This document shows, piece by piece, positions 49,588 to 59,094 of a DNA stretch of 64,000 nucleotides. Origin of the DNA: Terriglobia bacterium (GTDB taxonomy: Bacteria > Acidobacteriota > Terriglobia > JAJPHL01 > JAPKYU01). The DNA is taken from assembly GCA_965206645.1 (NCBI GenBank), contig CBDBKE010000002.1, positions 32,001-96,000 of the forward strand, written 5' to 3'. Under the pieces are notes generated by a model. That model was not told the DNA's origin and searched no databases. It saw nothing but the letters and a program-made list of their open reading frames with translations. The translations under genes and the position numbers were made by a program. Within the stretch, counting starts at the first letter, position 1. The number at the start of each line of letters is the position of its first letter.

Positions 49588-51369
49588 TCAACTCATCTCT
49601 CCGGCTCCGCCGCCGCCGACTACGGCCGGCACCTGCCGCGCCGTGGTCAGACTGCGGGCCGCCCTTTCGTCCACGATAATGTCCGCAAGGGCGCCGCCAG
49701 CCGGGATCATCGGGTAGACGTTTGCTTCCCGCTCCACCCGCACATCCAAAAGGACAGGACCCGGTTCGGCCAGCGTCTCCCGGACGGCATCACGCAGCTC
49801 CTCCGGACGAGTCACCACGCGGCCCGGAAAGCCATAGGCTTCGCCCAACTTTTTCGCGTCGGGGAACACATCAAGCGCGACGGCCGAGTAGCGCCCCTCA
49901 TAGAAGAGCTCCTGCCACTGGCGCACCATGCCTAGATAGAGGTTGTTCATGACGATGACCTTGACGGGCAGGCGGTAGCTAACCAGGGTGGCCAGTTCCG
50001 GAAGGCTCATCTGGAAACCGCCGTCGCCCAGCAACGCCACCACGCAGCGGTCAGGGCGAGCAAACTGTGCGCCGATCGCCGCCGGCAGCCCGTAGCCCAT
50101 GGCCCCCAGGCCGCCCGAGGTGAGCCAGGTGCGCGGGTGGCGCAGTTTGATGTACTGCGCGCCCCACATCTGGTGCTGTCCCACATCGGTCACAATGATG
50201 GCCTCCCCGTCCACGGCGCTGGAAATCTCCTGACAGAGCCGCTGCGGCATGATTTCGCCGTCCCGGTCCTGATAGGCCAGCGGGTGCTCTTGCTGCCAGC
50301 CGTGCACCCGTTCGAGCCACCCCTGCCGCTCGGCCAGGTGCTTCTGCCCGCCCTGCGGCGACGACAGCGAGTCAGCCACCCGCCGGTTCAGCTTGGTCAG
50401 CACGCGGCTGACGTCGCCCACAATCGGCACGTCCGGCGTCACGTTCTTGCCGATTTCGACCGGGTCAATATCAATGTGAATGATCTTGGCGTGCTTGGCG
50501 AAGGCCTCCAGCTTGCCGGTGACACGGTCATCAAACCGCACGCCGATAGCGATCATCAGGTCGGTTCCCACCATTGCCTGGTTCGCTGAGTAAGTGCCGT
50601 GCATGCCCAGCATGCCGTTGAACAGCGGATGGTCACCGGGCAAGCCTCCCAGGCCCATCAGCGTCAGTCCCACCGGCACTTGCAGCATCTCGGCCAGTTC
50701 CTTGAGCAGCGGGGCGGCCCCGGAAGAGATCACACCGCCGCCGGCGTAAATCACCGGCCGCTGCGCCCCCCAGATGGTCTGGACTGCTTTCTTGATCTGG
50801 CCTTCATGGCCTTCATAGGTGGGCCGATAGCCCGGCAGGTTCAGGGTGTCTGGGTAGCGGAATTCTCCGCCCTCGGCCAGAAACACGTTCTTGGGCACAT
50901 CCACCAGCACTGGCCCCGGACGGCCGGTACGGGCAATATGGAAGGCTTCTTTAAGCACCTGCGGCAGTTCCCGGACGTCCTTCACCAGGTAGTTGTGCTT
51001 GGTGCAGGGACGGGTGATGCCCACCGTATCGGCCTCCTGGAAAGCGTCGTTGCCAATTAGATTGGTGGAGACCTGGCCAGTCAACGCCACTACCGGGATG
51101 GAATCCATCATGGCGTTGGTCAGCCCCGTCACCATGTTGGTGGCCCCGGGCCCCGAGGTGGCCATGGCGGTGCCCACCCGGCCGCTGGCTCGTGCGAAGC
51201 CGTCGGCGGCAAAGACGGCGTTCTCCTCGTGCCGCACCAGCACGTGCAGCAGATGCTTCGCACCCACCAGCTTGTCGTAGAAAGGTAGGACCACGCCGCC
51301 TGGATAACCAAACAGGACGTCTGCTCCCTCCCGGTGCAGACACTCTAGTATGAGGTTGGAGCCAACCAT
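49588..51369 (-). CDS. ilvB: Acetolactate synthase large subunit, biosynthetic
   Basis: FGYPGG, RHE, TSGPGATN, DAFQE, RFDDRVTG, DVGQHQMW, GDGGFQM and GMVRQWQ motifs. Confidence 0.97.
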   Translation of the reverse strand: MVGSNLILECLHREGADVLFGYPGGVVLPFYDKLVGAKHLLHVLVRHEENAVFAADGFARASGRVGTAMATSGPGATNMVTGLTNAMMDSIPVVALTGQVSTNLIGNDAFQEADTVGITRPCTKHNYLVKDVRELPQVLKEAFHIARTGRPGPVLVDVPKNVFLAEGGEFRYPDTLNLPGYRPTYEGHEGQIKKAVQTIWGAQRPVIYAGGGVISSGAAPLLKELAEMLQVPVGLTLMGLGGLPGDHPLFNGMLGMHGTYSANQAMVGTDLMIAIGVRFDDRVTGKLEAFAKHAKIIHIDIDPVEIGKNVTPDVPIVGDVSRVLTKLNRRVADSLSSPQGGQKHLAERQGWLERVHGWQQEHPLAYQDRDGEIMPQRLCQEISSAVDGEAIIVTDVGQHQMWGAQYIKLRHPRTWLTSGGLGAMGYGLPAAIGAQFARPDRCVVALLGDGGFQMSLPELATLVSYRLPVKVIVMNNLYLGMVRQWQELFYEGRYSAVALDVFPDAKKLGEAYGFPGRVVTRPEELRDAVRETLAEPGPVLLDVRVEREANVYPMIPAGGALADIIVDERAARSLTTARQVPAVVGGGGAGEMS

Positions 51370-51461
51370 AGCAAGTTCCCTGTCCCCAGCAAGTTCCCCG
51401 TCCTCCGACCGGGTGTGTGGCGAGGCCGCGGCCCACAGTCAGACGGCGGGGGCAAAACACA

Positions 51462-51517
51462 AGGCTAGTATTAAAAGCTACTTATGTCAACGGCCATCTG
51501 CATAAATTCTGCTTATG
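51462..51517 (-). promoter_or_regulatory. ilvB promoter with upstream LysR-type palindrome
   Basis: TTGACA-N17-TAGCCT (51490-51462); CATAA-N7-TTATG (51501-51517). Confidence 0.7.
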
Positions 51518-51860
51518 AGAAGCATGCTGCTCTCCGGTCGCCTCGGCTGATATTCGATCACAATAATTCTGTTCGCCACGCGACATGCAGATGCCGTACG
51601 GATCTGGTCATCTTGCGAGAGGGAAATTACCTCCAGCAATCGGTCACCTTCGGCGTCTAGCTTGTGCCGGTGTCCAGCCCGTGAATGGGCGTGGCCGACG
51701 GAGTGCGTCACCCACCTGCCCGGAGGCTCCCACGCCAGCCCTCACGTCAGGCGGAGATAGATCGGGATCTGGTTGGAGCAAACGAAACTTCTTTGGGTCA
51801 AACCTGCGACAGGTTTGGCAGCGTCAAGGAGGTTCCGGAGCGGCCCCAGCCTGCTTTCAG

Positions 51861-53132
51861 TTAGCAGGCTGTGGCCAGCCGGCCCGACTTGATCAGGCCG
51901 CCTTGCATCACCGCGATGAAGTTGGACGGATCCTCCAGTAGGGTAATGTCAGCCAGGACATCTCCAGCGACCACCAGCAAGTCGGCCAGCTTGCCCGACT
52001 CCAGGGTGCCGATTTCTTTCTCCCGTCCCATCAGCTCGGCTCCAATCTTGCTGGCCCCCCGGATGGTATCGAGCGGACTGAAGCCTACGTATTTCACAAA
52101 GAAGCTAAGCTCCTTGGCATAGTCCCCGTGCGGGTTCCACGCCAGGCCGAAGTCACCTCCTCCGGTGGCGACCCGCCCGCCGCCTTTGAGCACCTTCTGG
52201 GCAACCTCGGCGCCGCACTCTACGTGCTCCTTTTCTTCATCCAGGGCCTCTTGCGAGAACCCGAATTCCCGCCCACGCTCGTTCGCCGCCTGACAGTGGT
52301 ACAACGTTGGGACAATGGGCGTGTCGCGTTCCAGCAGCATTTCCACACCCTCATCGTCCAGGTAATTGCCGTGCTCGATCGAATCGTACCCCAGGCGCAA
52401 GGCGATCTTCGACGCTTTGGCGCCCCGGAGGTGACCGAAGACCTTGACTCCATAGTTATGGGCCTCCTCCGCGACGGCCCGCATCTCCTCTTCCGTCATG
52501 TTAAGAGTGTGAGAACCAGCATGGCCACAGCCCGCATCTCCGCCGGGGTAGGTCTTAATCCAGTCCGCGCCGGCCTTGATGATCCTGCGGGCTGCGGAGC
52601 GCGCCTCGATGGGTCCATCCACCACGAACGTCTCGCCCTCCATCCCCAACTTCAAGAAGTCGGGGTTGCAGTCCATCATCCCACCCCGGCCACAGATATC
52701 CCGGCCAGCGGCCGAGATCCGGGGCCCCGGCAGGTGGTCCTCCTCGACCGCCTTTTTGAGCGCGATGTCGATGTTGTGCATGCCTCCACCGGTGCGAGTT
52801 CCTGTATACCCACACTCCAGTAACAGGTGGGCGTGGGAGGCCGATCGAAGGGCCATATACTCCACGGGATACCGCATATCCAGATCCGATATGGTCGCCG
52901 CGTTCACGTAGGAGGGATGCCAATGAGGCTCGATGAGCCCGGGCATCAGGGTGCCGCCTTTTGCGTCAATCCGCCGGGCCTGAGGAGAAACCTCCGGCGC
53001 CCCCGAGCTTGGACCCGCGTAGGTGATTCGACCATCCCGAATCACCAGTGTGGCATTGGGCACGGCCGGTGCCCCGGTCCCGTCCACAAGCTGTCCATTC
53101 TGGATCACCGTCGTCCCTTGCGCAGTTTTCAT
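51861..53132 (-). CDS. Metal-dependent amidohydrolase (prolidase-like)
   Basis: TLMPGLIEPHWH (HxH), GADWIK, SIEHG and GTLESGKLADLLVV motifs; GGAGGT SD. Confidence 0.9.
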   Translation of the reverse strand: MKTAQGTTVIQNGQLVDGTGAPAVPNATLVIRDGRITYAGPSSGAPEVSPQARRIDAKGGTLMPGLIEPHWHPSYVNAATISDLDMRYPVEYMALRSASHAHLLLECGYTGTRTGGGMHNIDIALKKAVEEDHLPGPRISAAGRDICGRGGMMDCNPDFLKLGMEGETFVVDGPIEARSAARRIIKAGADWIKTYPGGDAGCGHAGSHTLNMTEEEMRAVAEEAHNYGVKVFGHLRGAKASKIALRLGYDSIEHGNYLDDEGVEMLLERDTPIVPTLYHCQAANERGREFGFSQEALDEEKEHVECGAEVAQKVLKGGGRVATGGGDFGLAWNPHGDYAKELSFFVKYVGFSPLDTIRGASKIGAELMGREKEIGTLESGKLADLLVVAGDVLADITLLEDPSNFIAVMQGGLIKSGRLATAC

Positions 53133-53416
53133 CGGACTGCACCTCCATTTCCTTAGAACTGCTCTTCTTCCCTGTCTCCAGAGAATCCAGCCGAAGAACC
53201 CCTACATTGTAACGTCGGCGACTAGGCGAAGATGCAAAAATCTTTCCCGGCACGGGGCGGGAGAAAAAGGGCGGGCGCACCCCGGTCCGCTTTCAGGTTG
53301 ACGTGCGGGTGTAGATTTGCTTTGCGCCTGACATTTGCGCCTGACTGGCGCAGTCAGTGGCTCGCAAGATCCGATTGGGATAGACTGAGCGACGACGAAC
53401 CACCGGGGGGTGACAA

Positions 53417-54352
53417 GTGTCCATGACCTTCGGCATTCACGTTGGGCATCTGGGTGGACCGCTCGACGAAATGCGCCGGCTCTGGAAGTTCGCCGACGAC
53501 CGCGGTTTCGACTGGTTCTCGGTTTCGGACCACTTCCAGGAGTCCCCACCGCGAGGAGGAGACCAGGACTGCTTCGAGGCGCTCGCTTCCATGACGGCCG
53601 CGGCGGTAGAAACCCGGAAAGTTCGGATCGGCTGTCTGGTCTTCTGCATAAACTACCGCAACCCTGGACTCCTGGCGAAAGCGCTTTCGACCATTGACCA
53701 CCTCTCCGGGGGCCGCGTGGAGTGCGGGATCGGCGCGGGATGGCATGAGCGGGAGCACCGGGCATTCGGCATTCCCTTCGCTCCGATCGGCGTCCGCGAG
53801 GATCAACTGGAGGAATACGCGCAGGTTTTGCGCCTCCTTTTCGATCAGGAGGCGTCCGACTTCGACGGCAAGCATTTCCAACTCAGTGACGCGCGCTGCA
53901 ATCCGAAACCATTACAGAAGCGTCTGCGGATCTGGATCGGCGGAATCGGAGAGAAGCGCACGCTACGCGCCACCGCACGCTATGCGGATGGCTGGAACGC
54001 GCCCTATCTCGATCCTCAAGCGTGGCGAGCGAAGAACGCAGTACTGGATGAATGGTGTCAAAGGGAAGAGCGCAACCCGAAGTCCATCCGACGCAGCGCG
54101 AACGTCGGCTTTTACATGGCCGCTGACACCAGCTCTGTCGCCCGGCAGGAAGAGATTCTAAAGGCCCACTGGGGCAGTCTGCTTGAGCACCGTCGCGGGT
54201 TTCTGCGCGGGACTCCGGAACAGGCAATGGAAATGGCAGCCGCGTATCGCGCCGCCGGCGTCCAGCGTCTGAACATCGGCTTCCGTCAGGGCCCCTACGA
54301 CTGGGAAGCCCTGGAAGCCTTTGCAGAGAAGGTACTCCCAGAGCTGGCATGA
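53417..54352 (+). CDS. LLM-class flavin/F420-dependent oxidoreductase
   Basis: SDHF, YRNPGLLAK...DHLSGGR...GIGAGW..EH, IGG.GEKRTL and YADGWN motifs. Confidence 0.92.
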   Translation: MSMTFGIHVGHLGGPLDEMRRLWKFADDRGFDWFSVSDHFQESPPRGGDQDCFEALASMTAAAVETRKVRIGCLVFCINYRNPGLLAKALSTIDHLSGGRVECGIGAGWHEREHRAFGIPFAPIGVREDQLEEYAQVLRLLFDQEASDFDGKHFQLSDARCNPKPLQKRLRIWIGGIGEKRTLRATARYADGWNAPYLDPQAWRAKNAVLDEWCQREERNPKSIRRSANVGFYMAADTSSVARQEEILKAHWGSLLEHRRGFLRGTPEQAMEMAAAYRAAGVQRLNIGFRQGPYDWEALEAFAEKVLPELA

Positions 54353-56628
54353 AGAATCATGGAATCAGACACATGTTTCGATCGCTTCAGGCAACACTTC
54401 CGGTAGCGCTCCTGACACTTCTCGGGTCAGCCAACCCCACGCTGGGCGCTGATGTCCAGATGGATAGCCCCTCGAATACCCTGATTGAAATCACGGGGGG
54501 CAGTGGACCGCAGGCCTGGCAGCTCCGCTACGGCACGCACGACAGTTACAAGAAACATTTGGTATCGGCGAATGAGAACCGCGCCTGGTTCAGCCATGGC
54601 GGTTGGCTGCGGCTGATTGACACAAGAAAGGGCGTTGCGATTGACCGGTGGCACTTTCCTGGGATGATCGTCTCGCTCAGTCCAGCCGGAAATCGGGTGC
54701 AAATTGAAGTGGAAGACAAGCTCAACGATCGAGCATTCCGCCGAACATTCGCCTCCTTCCCCAGTGCCGGGGAGGTTGTGCCCTATTGGCCTTCGGGCAA
54801 TCTATTGCTGAATCGAGTTCCGATGACCGAAGTGGAGTCGGCATGGCGCTCCGAGGAGTCGATCGGTCTTCTATCGGACACATGGAAGATTCCGAAGGGA
54901 GGAGAGGCTGAAGAGCTTCTAAGAGGGCTGGAGGAGGCAGTCGAGCGCGATCCGACTACCCCGGCGCTTCGCATCGCCCTGTGGAGGGTCTTGCGGGAAA
55001 TGGAAGACCCGCGGGCTCCGGCGGTACTCGAAGAAGCGCTACAGGTGCCCACGACAGATTTCACGGAAATGCTCCCACTCGCCGGCCTCCTCGACCGTCT
55101 AGGGGAGCGCGCGGCGGCACGTAGAGCATTTGAACTGGGGTGCCAGGATTTCTTGAGGCGCGGAAACGATCCGCGGCTGTTGCTGACGCTGATCGGAAAG
55201 ATGATCCTCTACCAACCTTGGAGAAAGAACCCCCCGGACTTGAACACCAACTACGGCCGGGAATTGATGGAGCGAAACTTTCGGCTTGCACCCCGCTGCG
55301 AAGCTGCTGATTTCGCGTGGCAGGCGTACGCCGCCTACCTCCAGCAAGGCGGGCAGACCGAGGCTGCGCGTGTATGGCGCGCGCGGGCCAAGGAGGCGGC
55401 CCGCACTTCGGTCTTCCTGATGCCAAGAGACTACACCCTCCTTGCCGACCTGCTGATCCTGGTGATTCTTTCAGCACCCATTGCCGCAGGGCTTTACGCG
55501 ACTCTGCTCAGTGTGCGGTACTTGAGACAGCGCCGGGCGGATTTGGCCGCGCAAAAGGGACAAGGCCTGCGGGTCCGCGCCTTCTCTCTTGTGAGCCTCC
55601 GGTACTGGACCCTCAGTCAACGCGTAGCGTTTCTTACAATTATCGTCACGGTTTGGGCTGCGGTGGGCTTGTTTACAGTAATTGTCCAGGGGGTCTCGCG
55701 TGCAGCAGGGATGCCGCTGGGCTCCGGGATGGGAAGCTTGGCAGGGCCAGTGACGGTGTGGCACCTGGAAAACCGGTTGCCCCCAACACCCGAACGCGAC
55801 CTCTTGTTAGCTGTCGCGTACCACCAAAGTGGTGAGAACGAAAAGGCCGAACGTCTCTACCGCAGCCTGCCGGATTTTGCCGAGAGCTGGAACAACCTCG
55901 GGGTGCTCTTGCGGGGTGCCGGCAGCGAGCAGGAAGCGCGGCAGGCATTCGAAAAAGCTCTCGCACTGGACCCGGGGTTGGCGGAGTCGGGCCTCAATCT
56001 GGGGCAACCGCCACAAGGAATCTGGGCGGAACAGTATTTGAAGTATCTGCCGGATCGGGCCATGATCGCCCCACCGCGAGCGGAGCGCTGGGCGCCCGTT
56101 TTCCTGGGTGGCTCCATCCTCTTGCAAGCAAAGGCCGGGCCGTTTGCGGGTTCTGGCCCAGAGGGATTGTTCAGCAACTCGGGCGTTGTGGGATCACCAG
56201 GCTCCATGATTGTTCTGAAGTTGATGCTGGTAGCCGCCTTGATTCTTGCTGTCGGGCTGCTGTTTCTTCCCCGATGGACGGCGACACAGTTGCCTCCCAA
56301 GGGCTTTAGCGTCCTGGAGGTGCTCCTGCCAGGCATCTCGTCAGGATGGAGTTTCCTGGGAGGGCTGGTGCTGGTGGCCTGGGGTTACCTGCTCTTGCAG
56401 GCTCTGCTGATGCTTGCGAGGGGAACACCGTACATCTTGACGTCGATTGCTTTGCCCAACCTGACAGGTTCTTACGGGGTCCCGGGGACAGATTTCGACG
56501 CTCTTCTTCGGATGATCAACCCTGGTTGGGTATGGGTGTATCTGGCGCCGGCGCTCTTGTTTGCAGTGAATCTTGTCTGGGTGTTGCGCGCCAGGCGAGC
56601 GACAGTCTCACCGACCTCAAGCGGGTAA
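54349..56628 (+). CDS. Membrane protein with signal peptide and TPR repeats
   Basis: AESWNNLGVLL...ARQAFEKALALDP TPR and several TM helices; ATGA overlap with the upstream gene. Confidence 0.75.
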   Translation: MKNHGIRHMFRSLQATLPVALLTLLGSANPTLGADVQMDSPSNTLIEITGGSGPQAWQLRYGTHDSYKKHLVSANENRAWFSHGGWLRLIDTRKGVAIDRWHFPGMIVSLSPAGNRVQIEVEDKLNDRAFRRTFASFPSAGEVVPYWPSGNLLLNRVPMTEVESAWRSEESIGLLSDTWKIPKGGEAEELLRGLEEAVERDPTTPALRIALWRVLREMEDPRAPAVLEEALQVPTTDFTEMLPLAGLLDRLGERAAARRAFELGCQDFLRRGNDPRLLLTLIGKMILYQPWRKNPPDLNTNYGRELMERNFRLAPRCEAADFAWQAYAAYLQQGGQTEAARVWRARAKEAARTSVFLMPRDYTLLADLLILVILSAPIAAGLYATLLSVRYLRQRRADLAAQKGQGLRVRAFSLVSLRYWTLSQRVAFLTIIVTVWAAVGLFTVIVQGVSRAAGMPLGSGMGSLAGPVTVWHLENRLPPTPERDLLLAVAYHQSGENEKAERLYRSLPDFAESWNNLGVLLRGAGSEQEARQAFEKALALDPGLAESGLNLGQPPQGIWAEQYLKYLPDRAMIAPPRAERWAPVFLGGSILLQAKAGPFAGSGPEGLFSNSGVVGSPGSMIVLKLMLVAALILAVGLLFLPRWTATQLPPKGFSVLEVLLPGISSGWSFLGGLVLVAWGYLLLQALLMLARGTPYILTSIALPNLTGSYGVPGTDFDALLRMINPGWVWVYLAPALLFAVNLVWVLRARRATVSPTSSG

Positions 56629-56834
56629 CCCTAGCGACTCGCGTGTATGATTGGCGAGCGCGAGACCTAGCGTCGAGCCATCTTCGGCGATCTCTTCCAT
56701 CCTCTCTCCAGGTATCTGTCTCGGGCACCTGAAGGATACCTAAACGAGGAGTCCGGCCTCCCTGCCCCCATTCGCTTAAACCGTGTCCGATCCGATGGCT
56801 TGACCCGCGCACTCGAAGGTAGTATTTGTCGGCC

Positions 56835-58697
56835 ATGCGCGCGCTGGCCGCTTCCCTTCTGTTGATCTTCTGCGGCCCGATCTTTGCCGGCGACTTCTCG
56901 CAGCGCTTTGAACTGACACTCAAGCGGGTTCTCCACGGCAAGTCACCGGCATACACAGACGAACTGTTGCTGGCTGACGTCATACCCCGGCACGTTCGCC
57001 GTTTTACCAACTTCAGCGGCGACCTCTCGGGCCGATACATCGGCGCCGTCGCGGCTGCGGCGCGGCATACCGACAGGCGTTTTGCTTCGCTTGACCGGGT
57101 CGCGCTCGAGATCCTTCGGCATCAAAAACCCGACGGCCATTTCGGCGATTCGATGAGCGCCTCTGGCGTCGAGGCGGATGACATGGCGAGACTTTGGGGA
57201 AACGGCCGCCTGCTAATCGGCCTGCTGGAGTACCATCGGTTGAATCCGCGGCCGGATGTGCTGGAAGCGGCACGCCGCATCGGCGACTTCCTAGTGAGCA
57301 TCGCGCCAGTCTACAACTCTGATGCGGTTCGCCGCCAGTATAGCGGCAAGCATTTTGCGGTGGGATACATCTGCTGGACTCAGAACATCGAGGGACTGGT
57401 GGAACTGTACCGCGTGACCGGCTCGGCCCGGTACCGGGAGTTGGCCCAACAAATGGCAGCGCGGGTCGCTCGCCACCCGTCGCAACATAGTCACGGCTTC
57501 CTGTCTTCTCTGCGGGGAATCGTCGAACTGTTCAAAGCGACGGGTGATGAGGCCTATCTGGAGCAAGCAGAGAGGGAATGGAAAGGCATTGGGGAATCCG
57601 GGAACCTACTGATCCAGGGCGCAGTTCCCGAGGCCTTTTACCCGCACATCCACCGCGATGACATCCGGCGCGATGAAGGTTGTTCGCACGCCGATTGGGT
57701 GCGCTTAAGCCTGGAACTGTGGCGGTTGACTGGCAAACTTCAGTATCTCGAGCAGGCCGAGGGGTCCCTGCTCAACGGATTCTCGTTTAACCAGTTTCCG
57801 AACGGGGACTTCGGCCATCACGTTCTGGAGGAAAACGGCATCGGCTCTACTGGCGTTCGCGCCTGGTGGTGCTGTACCCTGCACGGGCTGCGGGCCTTCC
57901 CGGATATCGCGGCGGCGGCGTTTCATTCTAAGGAAGGCGTGGTTTTCTACGACCTGCCGATCGACAGCCGCGTAGATGCAGATGGTTGGAAGATTCGCGC
58001 CGATTCTTCCCTGGCGCGGGACGGTACGGTGCGCCTGGAGGTAATCGAAGCCGACGGTCGCATAGGGACGTTGGCCATCCGGCGACCGGGTTGGGCCACG
58101 GCAATGGAGGCATCGGTGGACGGTCGGCCGGTGCCGGGGGAAATACACAATGGGTACCTGCGGCTGGACCGTGGGTGGAGAAGCGGTGAATCCGTCCAGG
58201 TTCGTTATCGTATGGAGACGCGACTGGTGCACCATTCAGAAAGGCCCAACCGCGTGGCGCTGTTCCATGGGCCGTGGCTGTTGGGAGTGGACGAGCGGAT
58301 GTCTCCCCAATTTTTTGGTGAGCTTGCTTCGCAGAACCGGGTTGCCCTGCCCGCCTCTGGTCCAGAAGGTACGGTAAATTTGGGCCTCGTTCCCGTTGAA
58401 GAAAACCAGGCCCGGCCTCTTACCGCTCCGATGGCGCGTTTCAATCTGAGTTTCTTGTCGGCCGGGTACCCGCTCCAGCCTGCCAACGCGATCCTGCGTC
58501 CCCTGGCAGAAAAGACGGCGACCGAGCCAGTCACTCGGTGGCGGTTCTGGTTGTCTGTCGGGCCCGACGAGGATCGACCTGCCTTGCTGAATCAATGGAG
58601 ACGCTGGCCTTGGCTGGTGATCTTTGCAGTGATTGGCTCTGTCCTGGTTATCTGGATCGGCCTGCGGGTCCTCCGCCGGGTCTCACGGACCTCCTGA
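56835..58697 (+). CDS. Glycoside hydrolase family 127 (beta-L-arabinofuranosidase-like), with C-terminal TM helix
   Basis: Signal peptide, H.H, DEGC, WWCCTLHG, RRPGWA, NGYL and GPWLL motifs. Confidence 0.82.
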   Translation: MRALAASLLLIFCGPIFAGDFSQRFELTLKRVLHGKSPAYTDELLLADVIPRHVRRFTNFSGDLSGRYIGAVAAAARHTDRRFASLDRVALEILRHQKPDGHFGDSMSASGVEADDMARLWGNGRLLIGLLEYHRLNPRPDVLEAARRIGDFLVSIAPVYNSDAVRRQYSGKHFAVGYICWTQNIEGLVELYRVTGSARYRELAQQMAARVARHPSQHSHGFLSSLRGIVELFKATGDEAYLEQAEREWKGIGESGNLLIQGAVPEAFYPHIHRDDIRRDEGCSHADWVRLSLELWRLTGKLQYLEQAEGSLLNGFSFNQFPNGDFGHHVLEENGIGSTGVRAWWCCTLHGLRAFPDIAAAAFHSKEGVVFYDLPIDSRVDADGWKIRADSSLARDGTVRLEVIEADGRIGTLAIRRPGWATAMEASVDGRPVPGEIHNGYLRLDRGWRSGESVQVRYRMETRLVHHSERPNRVALFHGPWLLGVDERMSPQFFGELASQNRVALPASGPEGTVNLGLVPVEENQARPLTAPMARFNLSFLSAGYPLQPANAILRPLAEKTATEPVTRWRFWLSVGPDEDRPALLNQWRRWPWLVIFAVIGSVLVIWIGLRVLRRVSRTS

Positions 58698-59094
58698 CGG
58701 CGCTTCCGAGAAGTGTTCTAAAGATACAGTTGCGCTGAGGTTACCCTCCTATTCTGAATTGTGGGACCCCGAACCGGGAGCTACTCTAGCTCGGTCAGTC
58801 AGATAGAGTCCATTAGCAACCCATCGAGCCGTCACGACAATTCCTTTTTAGTGGGGACAAGCCGTGGGGTTGTCTGGACAGCGACCCGACACTGCGGCGC
58901 TGGTCACTCTTACCGATCCATCGGCTAGGGTGGCCCGGTTTCTGTAGCTCCACGCTTCAGAGTCAGCGCTCCCGCCGCAGCAAGCTTTCTCAACAGCATC
59001 AAATGGTTTTGGCACGGCTTGGTCGGAGAATAAGCGTGGAAAAGCTATAATGGCGAATAGCTTCCTTGAGTCCCACTATAGCTGTGAGGGCACT

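Noticed and set aside
51370-51460. Ile/Leu/Val leader-peptide attenuator for ilvB
   Set aside because: No short ILV-rich ORF and no terminator in the leader
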